Origin: a virus
Lineage: Duplodnaviria; Heunggongvirae; Uroviricota; Caudoviricetes
IMG/VR virus record: IMGVR_UViG_3300032070_000730
Length of the DNA stretch: 64,000 nt
Strand: one strand, 5' to 3'
Shown here piece after piece: positions 54,868-62,586 of this stretch; within the stretch, counting starts at the first letter, position 1; each line of letters begins with the position of its first letter. The position numbers and the translations under genes were made by a program. Below the pieces are notes generated by a model. That model made no database searches, was not told the origin of the DNA, and saw only the letters and a program-made list of their open reading frames with translations.

Positions 54868-55333
54868 TGATGGACAAGAAACGATTTATTTTGTGAACAA
54901 CCCAAAAGAAGAAAAGGATATTATAGAGAAGTTCTTTAATCTACTGATAATAGCAGATTACAGGATTATTAGTTATTATGGGAGTTATTTTGATGTTCCA
55001 TTTATTGTTTCAAGGGCACTGACTCTTGGGGTAGATGTAAAGAAATATAGGAAGATTTTTCCATTCAGACAGATAGATGTTTATGATGTAGTGAAAAGAA
55101 ACTTGAAATTATCAAAGAATTCTCTCGGAGATGTATGCAAATTTCTTGGAATAGAAAAACGGTTCGACATACAGGGAATGGATATGCCAAATTTCTATTT
55201 GAAGGCTATCAGTGGAGATACAGAAATACGGAAAAAAATTGATGAGCATTTGAGAGAAGACCTTGCGACTTTGCGGGATGTGTGGTTGAAAATCATGCCA
55301 GTCATCGATTTAAGCAGGTGGGAAAAGGAATGA
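54743..55333 (+). pseudogene. DEDDy (PolB-type) 3'-5' exonuclease domain gene, apparently interrupted
   Basis: Exo I-like YLILDIE at 54758-54778 is in frame with, but separated by two TAA stops from, ORF 54857..55333. That ORF carries Exo II YYGSYFDVPFI and an Exo III-like Y...D helix. The 5' part lies under the 3' end of the LAGLIDADG gene. Confidence 0.4.
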
Positions 55334-55464
55334 CGTTTAAAGTCATCTGTCCAAATTGCAAAATAAAACTCGATTCCGCAATAATAGATGAAGACACAAT
55401 AGAATTTTCCTGTTCAATATGCGGTTATCATAAAATTGTAGAGAGTGAAGATAATGCCATGTAG
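55282..55464 (+). CDS. zinc-ribbon protein
   Basis: CPNCK...CSICG. Confidence 0.3.
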   Translation: MVENHASHRFKQVGKGMTFKVICPNCKIKLDSAIIDEDTIEFSCSICGYHKIVESEDNAM

Positions 55465-55687
55465 TGCTGGAAAAATAAATCTCTGCTGTCTGTGTAAACT
55501 TGGAATAAAAAAGTTCAGGGGAAGATATATCGAAAAGAAAATACTTGAGCGTCTTGGCGTGAAATTTTCAGAGAGGCATAGATATAAACAAGTCATAGTG
55601 CATAAAAATTGCTATAGGAAATTCCATCATGTCACTGTCACGGGAGTTGGTCTTTCAACATGGTTAAAAAGGATAAATTCAAACTAA
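55445..55687 (+). CDS. Cys-rich small protein
   Basis: CSAGKINLCCLCK. Confidence 0.25.
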   Translation: MKIMPCSAGKINLCCLCKLGIKKFRGRYIEKKILERLGVKFSERHRYKQVIVHKNCYRKFHHVTVTGVGLSTWLKRINSN

Positions 55688-56124
55688 TGAAGCCATCAAA
55701 CAAAAATGATGGTCTGGTGCAGATAAATCCAGAATTCTTAATGGCGATAAAAGATGTCCTTACGCCAGAACAGAAAAAAGAACTCGTTGATGGGATTATA
55801 AACTCTTCTAAAAAAATGGAGAAATCCAGAATCAACCATGCGATAAAAATAGGCGTTCTGACAAAAGAAGATTATGAAAAGAATTACAAAAGGAAATATG
55901 TCGATGACTGGGGGCTTGACAGTTTTCCAGAATACATGCAGGCAGTCTCTAATATGAAGAAATTCAAGGATGACAATCTAACTTTTGTTACTTCAAACAG
56001 AAAAATGCTGAAAGACAAGGACAAATTGGAAGAGAAGTTCGGTCTTGAAATAAAATCTCCGAAAGAATGCATAGATATGATTGAAGCAGAAGAAATGAGA
56101 GGGACGTATTTGCAAGCGATGTAA
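55660..56124 (+). CDS. hypothetical protein
   Basis: 154-aa ORF. Confidence 0.3.
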   Translation: MVKKDKFKLMKPSNKNDGLVQINPEFLMAIKDVLTPEQKKELVDGIINSSKKMEKSRINHAIKIGVLTKEDYEKNYKRKYVDDWGLDSFPEYMQAVSNMKKFKDDNLTFVTSNRKMLKDKDKLEEKFGLEIKSPKECIDMIEAEEMRGTYLQAM

Positions 56125-56163
56125 AATGAAAATACTTAAATCTTTAAAATTAAAATATAATGT

Positions 56164-56400
56164 ATGAGAACGAGACAATCCAACAGGATAGAACTGAAGA
56201 ATAAGGTGTTAAGTTTCCTTAAATCTGCTCCTGATGGTGTTTTTAATATTTCCGAGATTAGCAGGGGAGTAGATAAAGCCCCACCGACAATCACAAAAGT
56301 TGTCGAAGAACTCGAAAAAGAAAAGAAGATTACAATACTCAATAAAAAATCCATGAGATTAATAAAAATAAATAATGAGGGAGATAATGATGGTTGTTAA
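56164..56400 (+). CDS. winged-helix protein
   Basis: VLSFLKSAPDGVFNISEISRGVDKAPPTITKVVEELEKEKKI. Confidence 0.4.
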   Translation: MRTRQSNRIELKNKVLSFLKSAPDGVFNISEISRGVDKAPPTITKVVEELEKEKKITILNKKSMRLIKINNEGDNDGC

Positions 56401-56596
56401 AATAGCAAGAGGGACACTCAAGAGAATGTTCAATGAATTCCATCCAGATTGGAGAATAGCATCAGATGCTTTGGCACGCTTGGAAACTGTAGTTAGTGAT
56501 TTCGCAAGATTGACGTTGGATGATGCGTGCAAGATTGCAGAGAATGGCAAGAGAAAGACAGTATTGGAGAAAGATATTATCCTTTCTACAAGTTGA
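56375..56596 (+). CDS. archaeal histone-fold protein (real start probably the Met at 56387/56390)
   Basis: VVKIARGTLKRMF...IASDALARLETVVSDFARLTLDDACKIAENGKRKTVLEKDI parallels HMf-type histones (IAPVGRIIK...AkHAGRKTV). Confidence 0.65.
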   Translation: MREIMMVVKIARGTLKRMFNEFHPDWRIASDALARLETVVSDFARLTLDDACKIAENGKRKTVLEKDIILSTS

Positions 56597-56602
56597 TTAA
56601 AA

Positions 56603-57376
56603 GTGAGTTTTTTAGGTCATAAACATACAGAAGAGTCTAAAATCAAAACAAAAGAATCGATGAAAAAATGGTGGAAAGAAAACATAGATTCTGATATTGT
56701 TAAAAACAGAAATCTAAAAATAACCAATTATTTAAAGGGAAAGAAAAAACAAGAAGGAGTAATAGAAGCATTAATGAGAGGGCATAATGAATATGTGAAA
56801 AAATATGGTTATCCTATGAGCAATAAAATAAGTTGGGCAAGAGGATTAACAAAAGAAACTGATGAAAGAGTAAAACATGTAAGTGAAGGAAGAAAAAAAT
56901 GGTGGGATAAAAATAAAAATTCTGAAGTTGCAAAAGAAAGAAATAAAAAATTAAGTCAAAATTGGAAAGACCCAAATTCGTATGTTAATTCTAAAAAATT
57001 TAGAGAAAATAGGTTAAAATTAACTCTTAAATCTCTATTTAAAAGACCAACTGGAACTGAATTTAAATTTATCAATTTTTTTTCAAATTATAATTTACCT
57101 TATAAATATGTTGGGAATGGGATTTGTATTATTGGTGGATGGTGTCCTGATTTTATTGAAAATAATGGAAGAAAAATATGTATAGAAGTTAGCACAAAAA
57201 GATTTAGAAATCATTTTTATAAAGAAGGTATAGAATGTTATGAAGAAAGGAGAATTTCCCATTTTGCTAAATATGGTTGGAAATGTTTAGTTTTATGGGA
57301 AGAGAATTTAAAAAATAACGAGGTAGATATGTTAGAAAAAATATCCAATTTAGAAAAGTCGAAAAAATCACTATAA
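56603..57376 (+). CDS. NUMOD3-repeat + C-terminal PD-(D/E)xK-like nuclease domain protein (paralog of 44305..45216)
   Basis: LGHKHTEESKIKTKESMKK is a NUMOD3-like motif. C-terminal 100 aa align with the 44305 product (GGWCPDF...CIEVS.K...AKYGWKC). Confidence 0.45.
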   Translation: MSFLGHKHTEESKIKTKESMKKWWKENIDSDIVKNRNLKITNYLKGKKKQEGVIEALMRGHNEYVKKYGYPMSNKISWARGLTKETDERVKHVSEGRKKWWDKNKNSEVAKERNKKLSQNWKDPNSYVNSKKFRENRLKLTLKSLFKRPTGTEFKFINFFSNYNLPYKYVGNGICIIGGWCPDFIENNGRKICIEVSTKRFRNHFYKEGIECYEERRISHFAKYGWKCLVLWEENLKNNEVDMLEKISNLEKSKKSL

Positions 57377-57422
57377 AAAGTGAGGGAAGAAAAAAATTCT
57401 TGCCCGACCCTAAAAAAGGTGA

Positions 57423-57617
57423 ATGATAATGGAGTTTGAAGTCGTCGGCATATTGAATACAGGACAGAACTATATATATACATTGAAGGCAATTAATGAT
57501 GGAAGGTTCGTCGTAGCAAAATTCAAGTCAAAAATGAAACGCTGGAAATTCGGGGAGAAAGTTTCTTTGACAGACGAGCAGTTAGACAAAGAAGCCTATC
57601 AAATAGAGAAAATCTAA
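57423..57617 (+). CDS. hypothetical protein
   Basis: 64-aa ORF. Confidence 0.3.
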   Translation: MIMEFEVVGILNTGQNYIYTLKAINDGRFVVAKFKSKMKRWKFGEKVSLTDEQLDKEAYQIEKI

Positions 57618-57679
57618 AATATCTGATATGTTTAATATATAACATCTGTAGTTGGTTAGGTTACGAGTAAATCGACCAC

Positions 57680-58324
57680 TTGTTAGAGTTACCCTTTCAA
57701 CGCTACAAAAGGGAGAGGAAAAAAATGCAATGGAGAGTTTTTAATAGAGTATTTACTTTAAACTTTCGTTGGACTTTTCTCGAAGCACCAGTGCTGGGAA
57801 TACGCTCTAATCTCGATGAAAAATCCGTAGAGAACAACGGTTTGCATGCTCTTTTGTTGGATTATGATGATATTCTTTCTGATAAAGAACTGATAAAGGA
57901 ATTGTATAAGTTCCAAAAAAGATTCAGGCTCGGAGATTGCGAGGTTTTCAAATCTTCTTGGAAAAAAATATATCGTTTTATTTTGAATAAAAACTTTCCA
58001 TTCCTTCATATCAAAATCAGCACGATAAAAAAAAGACATGTTTATTTTTTTGAGGATATGATGACCTATTGGCAAGCAATCAAAATAATTTTCTTGAGTT
58101 CATGCGACCCTGCATTTAAAAGATGGCGGATGATTCGTAACAATATTGTTCTTCGGATTTCTCCAAAATCCGATGGTTGCATACCAGAGCCAGAATTTAT
58201 AGTCAAGTCTCCATATTCTAAACCAGAAATAAGATGGTTCAAGGATTATGTTTATGGAATGTTGAGGGGAGAAGAGGTGATAAAGAATCGTTCATTTTCC
58301 GCCGAGCGTATTTGGAATGGATGA
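57680..58324 (+). CDS. hypothetical protein (weak AEP primase-like DxD motif)
   Basis: HALLLDYDD; other AEP motifs not evident. Confidence 0.25.
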   Translation: MLELPFQRYKRERKKMQWRVFNRVFTLNFRWTFLEAPVLGIRSNLDEKSVENNGLHALLLDYDDILSDKELIKELYKFQKRFRLGDCEVFKSSWKKIYRFILNKNFPFLHIKISTIKKRHVYFFEDMMTYWQAIKIIFLSSCDPAFKRWRMIRNNIVLRISPKSDGCIPEPEFIVKSPYSKPEIRWFKDYVYGMLRGEEVIKNRSFSAERIWNG

Positions 58325-58847
58325 GGATTTCGCAGAAGAAGGAAAAAGACTTCCATGTGTAATTTATTGTCCCAAGTATGACCAAAAATTAAGAGAAGAA
58401 TACGAGGTTGTTGCAGAGGATGGTTTCTTTATTGTTTATACTACGAAGATTGGACAACGTGAGGCGAGAGAAGAAGTTGGAAGGTTCGGTTCTTATTCTG
58501 ATGCAAGAGATGCCATGTTCGCAAAATTCTTCAAGGATTTTGACAGACCATCAAAGAGTGCGATAGAAGCGGGATGGTCTCCAAACCAAAGTGTTTGGGA
58601 CAGGACAAGGAAAGGAATGGAAGTCAAGCATTCAATAAGCATAATCGAAGGGACGAAAGAAGTCAAGGTCACTGAAATCACTCCAAAGAAAATGAAGATT
58701 GAAATAACAAAACCGACTGCTCCGACAATCATATCAGTTCATAATATTTATCCTTCTTATTTGAAGAATGTCAGACAAAAACATGAGAAGGCAGTAAGAA
58801 GAATGGCAAGAATGAAAAGAATCGGGTTCAGAAGAAGAAAAAGATAA
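58317..58847 (+). CDS. hypothetical protein with basic C-terminal tail
   Basis: 176-aa ORF. Confidence 0.3.
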   Translation: MDEDFAEEGKRLPCVIYCPKYDQKLREEYEVVAEDGFFIVYTTKIGQREAREEVGRFGSYSDARDAMFAKFFKDFDRPSKSAIEAGWSPNQSVWDRTRKGMEVKHSISIIEGTKEVKVTEITPKKMKIEITKPTAPTIISVHNIYPSYLKNVRQKHEKAVRRMARMKRIGFRRRKR

Positions 58848-59009
58848 TCCAACCACTATACGAGTGGCTTCGCAGTGCGAGCAGTAATATCTCGACTACT
58901 GACTAAAAAAATATAGCCATTCCACTGTTACCGATTTAATTGGGATTATGTTCACGGCATAGGTATATTTTCCCAGTCAATATCCACTTTTCGTGTGGCT
59001 GGATAAATA

Positions 59010-59228
59010 TTATCTCCACAATCTTTGCCAGAAACTCATCTTTTTCTTGCAGAGTTGTTTCGGGCATTCATATTTTGAGATTATTCCTCGCCTTTTGCAA
59101 AATCCCATCACAGATGTCGTGCTGACTTTGAATTTTCTTGCCACTGATGTATAAGAATCTCCCTTGCCAATCATTTGTGATATTTCGGTTTCATGTTTAC
59201 CTAAAGTTCTTTTACCATATTTATTCAT
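59010..59228 (-). CDS. small HTH protein
   Basis: YTSVARKFKVSTTSVMGFCKRRG. Confidence 0.35.
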   Translation of the reverse strand: MNKYGKRTLGKHETEISQMIGKGDSYTSVARKFKVSTTSVMGFCKRRGIISKYECPKQLCKKKMSFWQRLWR

Positions 59229-59240
59229 TAATTCTCACCT

Positions 59241-59897
59241 TCATTCAGCAGGGGTTATTCCTATTATCACATCTTCGCCAGTCACTGGGTCTATTTTATG
59301 ATTCGAGTATGTCGTGTTCCAGCATCTAACGCTCGTCAGATTATAATCCAACATAACTTCGAGTTTTGCTTTGCAGTATTGATGCGATGAATCGTTTCCT
59401 TTTTCCAATGCTCTTTCAAGAGCATCGACTCTCATTGAAAGCACCGCATTCTGTTTCAGTAATTCGTTGAATTCGTCTCTTGTCGGGAACAATCGTATTA
59501 ATTGGTATATGAATTCTTTGTTATAGTCACTCACAAGTTTGTTCAATCCCAAGAAATAATCAACGCCATCTTTTACGATGTCCATCAATTCATTTCTTGT
59601 CAATCCTTTTGTATCAGTCGTCCATGTATTCTGATTTTCCTGTATGTAATTCTGCATTGCGACAACTTCTTCATGCCCGTCTTCATACTGCAATCTTATG
59701 AACCCAATGCCATCGCTGACAAATATTTTTCTGCTGACTATGTTTGAGTCATTGTAAAGTATATCAAGGCTTGCAGTCCCATTGTATTGCATTTGTGCGT
59801 CCACTGACGTTGCTCTCGCTTTTCCTATAAAAAACAGTGATAAAATCCCTGCTAACGCTATTATCATTATCAATATTATTTCTTTTGTTTGTCTCAT
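59241..59897 (-). CDS. membrane-anchored/secreted protein
   Basis: N-terminal TM/signal MRQTKEIILIMIIALAGILSLFFIGKA. Confidence 0.35.
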   Translation of the reverse strand: MRQTKEIILIMIIALAGILSLFFIGKARATSVDAQMQYNGTASLDILYNDSNIVSRKIFVSDGIGFIRLQYEDGHEEVVAMQNYIQENQNTWTTDTKGLTRNELMDIVKDGVDYFLGLNKLVSDYNKEFIYQLIRLFPTRDEFNELLKQNAVLSMRVDALERALEKGNDSSHQYCKAKLEVMLDYNLTSVRCWNTTYSNHKIDPVTGEDVIIGITPAE

Positions 59898-59955
59898 ATT
59901 TTACCATCTTTTTTTTTGGAAAAATAAAAAAAAAGAAAAAATTGCTATAGTTGTT

Positions 59956-60543
59956 TTAAACTTGGCAATTGAATATACAACTTGGCATCCTTATTGGTCT
60001 TGGTAACTCTAAATCGCATCTCAAGTCTTTGTTTATTCCAACACTTTCTGTGAATTGGAATGCTTCGTTTGTAGTCCACCCTCTTGAGAAGACATTTTCA
60101 GTCTCTGCTGGTGGTTGATTTGCTATTGAATGAATCTCTGTAGCATCTGTGAATGTCTCTGTCTGGAATAGAGTATAGATATTTGCCTTTGTTGGATAGA
60201 TTAATTCTCCATTGTTTTCAGTTGGGTCTTCAGTCCACCAAACAACATCTTTCCTGATGTTAGTGAAACCATCACCCTGAATCTGCTTGTCTTCCTGTAA
60301 TTCCCATGCACCAGTTGTCCTTATTTCAGAACCGAGTGTTATATCGCCATTATTTATAACAACTTCGTGAACGAATGCTGTGTCTTTGATTGATTGTTCT
60401 GAATAATCATATCCAGCGATACTCGTGTATTCATTCAAATATGAAAATCCAGATGCACTGTAATAAGTCCTTATGTTACTCCAAGCCAAAACTGGAGTTG
60501 CAATTAAACAAATTGCCATCAATGCTGATAATATTGCTTTCAT
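59956..60543 (-). CDS. secreted protein
   Basis: Signal peptide MKAILSALMAICLIATPVLAWS. Confidence 0.35.
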   Translation of the reverse strand: MKAILSALMAICLIATPVLAWSNIRTYYSASGFSYLNEYTSIAGYDYSEQSIKDTAFVHEVVINNGDITLGSEIRTTGAWELQEDKQIQGDGFTNIRKDVVWWTEDPTENNGELIYPTKANIYTLFQTETFTDATEIHSIANQPPAETENVFSRGWTTNEAFQFTESVGINKDLRCDLELPRPIRMPSCIFNCQV

Positions 60544-60582
60544 GTTTATCCTTTTTCCATTTGGGTATCTTAACAGCCGATA

Positions 60583-60927
60583 TTATTCGGTTTTAACTGC
60601 CCCTCGCTCGGCAGTGCCATTTATATTATGACCATGAATATCGTAATCTTCCATTTTTTTCTTGAAACCAGTGACGAATTCCTTTCTAAAAATCATCTTG
60701 TCTATTATATTATTGATTATGATTTTGACGGTCTCTTTTTTTGTGATTATAAAAGCAATACCAGTCACGCTACCGCCAAACATCTCCTTCAATTTAGCAA
60801 GAGTATTCGGATTACTGTCAGAAACTTTTATTATAAACTGTTGATAGGTCTTGCTTCCACGCCTTGTCGTATGAATCGAAAAACACCCCCTTCCATCCAA
60901 ATAACCAGCGAGCCAATCCCAGTTCAA
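60583..60927 (-). CDS. single-motif LAGLIDADG homing endonuclease (I-CreI-like size)
   Basis: NWDWLAGYLDGRGCFSI. Confidence 0.55.
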   Translation of the reverse strand: MNWDWLAGYLDGRGCFSIHTTRRGSKTYQQFIIKVSDSNPNTLAKLKEMFGGSVTGIAFIITKKETVKIIINNIIDKMIFRKEFVTGFKKKMEDYDIHGHNINGTAERGAVKTE

Positions 60928-61164
60928 TCAATCACCTGAAACTTTTATAAAAGAGCAGACAGACGGTTTGCAACTGACAGAAAAAATATAAGTCTTATTG
61001 TTTATTTCAGTCATGTATGCACTTTTTATCGGTATATTCACATATTCATAAGCCTTGTAACCAAGCAATAATCCAAGAATCAGAATGATGAGAGTCGTAA
61101 AATAGACCTGCACACGATATGAAATCGGTCTTTTCTTAATCAAATACCTTTTTTTCACCATCAC
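60928..61164 (-). CDS. small membrane protein
   Basis: TM helix. Confidence 0.3.
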   Translation of the reverse strand: MMVKKRYLIKKRPISYRVQVYFTTLIILILGLLLGYKAYEYVNIPIKSAYMTEINNKTYIFSVSCKPSVCSFIKVSGD

Positions 61165-61292
61165 ACCCCAATTTAGCGGGAAATCGGCGGTTATAAAATG
61201 CCTAAACCATCTTTACCTATTTTATATCTTTCCAATTTCCTTTCGCTTATGAAATTTAAACATTTTAGACTTAAATAACTGTTGAGCAGTTA

Positions 61293-61673
61293 TTATTTTA
61301 TCATTTTCTTCATCAAATCCCTGATTTTAATATGGATTGATGAATTGCTTGGCGTATTCGATACAATATCTATCATTTCCTCGAAACTCAAATTGCTGAT
61401 TATCCTGATAGTCTCTCTCATTTGAAACTGACCAGTCGATATTACCTGACCAGAATCTGCTGTAACCATTTGTGGCTGTTCAATCATTGCCCTTTCTGCT
61501 ATGCAAAATCGTGTTGATGTTTCTGGCATAGCCTGAACCTGTTGGACTGGTTGATATGATGGCTGTGGTGCTACTTGTGGCTGAACTCTTGCTTCAATCC
61601 TATCTCTAACACTCTGCACATCTTGAGATTGGGGTGGGATTTCTAAAATTGGGGGTTTTTTCTTTCCGAACAT
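61293..61673 (-). CDS. hypothetical Gln/Pro-rich protein
   Basis: 126-aa ORF. Confidence 0.3.
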   Translation of the reverse strand: MFGKKKPPILEIPPQSQDVQSVRDRIEARVQPQVAPQPSYQPVQQVQAMPETSTRFCIAERAMIEQPQMVTADSGQVISTGQFQMRETIRIISNLSFEEMIDIVSNTPSNSSIHIKIRDLMKKMIK

Positions 61674-61708
61674 ATTATCACCAGATTATTTTATTAATCT
61701 TTTAAAAT

Positions 61709-62038
61709 TTAAATATAAGTATCTAAAAAATATTTCAATCCAGTTCCTTCAAGCATTTCCACCTTTTTCTGCGGTTTCAAAATCCTTATGTCGCCGTATC
61801 CAAAATCTATGACCAGAAAAAAAGGAAACCCTTCAAACTCGCTGTTCATGTAACCATAATAATAGAATGATTTTTTTCTTGTGGATTTTATTTGCAACAG
61901 AAGACATTTTCCTTTTTTTAAACAAATCAAGTCTGCTTCTCCAAGACTTGACCCAGCCCGCATGACCACCCAGCCCCTTTTCTCGAACATCAATCTGACA
62001 TTTCTTTCTACTCTGTATCCTTTTCTTTTATTAAGCAT
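61709..62038 (-). CDS. hjc: Holliday junction resolvase Hjc-like (PD-(D/E)xK)
   Basis: KGYRVERNVRLMFEKRGWVVMRAGSSLGEADLICLKKGKCLLLQIKS parallels the Hjc core (G..ER...L...G..V.R.AGS...DL.A......L.IEVK). Confidence 0.6.
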   Translation of the reverse strand: MLNKRKGYRVERNVRLMFEKRGWVVMRAGSSLGEADLICLKKGKCLLLQIKSTRKKSFYYYGYMNSEFEGFPFFLVIDFGYGDIRILKPQKKVEMLEGTGLKYFLDTYI

Positions 62039-62061
62039 GAATCATATTTTAGTTCTAAAAA

Positions 62062-62439
62062 TTAAAATAGAAGCCCCAACAAAAAAGAATCTTGACCTGT
62101 AAAAAGCAGATAAAGATTTGATATGGCTGGGAGAGGAAGTGCTATCAACATTGGGAGTAAAATCAACGGCATATATTTTTTTATCGGTAAATGATTTTTA
62201 TCAATCCAATCGAATAATATAAAAACTAATTTGAATATTACAACCACCAAAGAAATAGTTTTAAAATATTCTCCAATCAAATCAGACCAAATTTTATTAT
62301 TTATCAAAAATGCTGTGACCGAATTCATTTCTGTAGCATGCACCCCAGAAAAAAATACAAGATATAATGTTGTGATGTAATCTAATGAAACGCAAAGAAT
62401 AATGAAAATATAGCAGGCTCTTTCAAATTCCAAATTCAA
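62062..62439 (-). CDS. membrane protein
   Basis: 4 TM helices. Confidence 0.3.
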   Translation of the reverse strand: MNLEFERACYIFIILCVSLDYITTLYLVFFSGVHATEMNSVTAFLINNKIWSDLIGEYFKTISLVVVIFKLVFILFDWIDKNHLPIKKYMPLILLPMLIALPLPAISNLYLLFTGQDSFLLGLLF

Positions 62440-62586
62440 TCACATCCCAAGTTGGAATCACTATCAAGTAGTTCATGGAAATTATTTAAATATTAAAAGC
62501 ATAAATAAAACATAGATAGAGTTAAATTTTTGAAAAAATTAAAAAATTTTATATATTTAACTCACTAAATAGTTTAATGTGGTATA

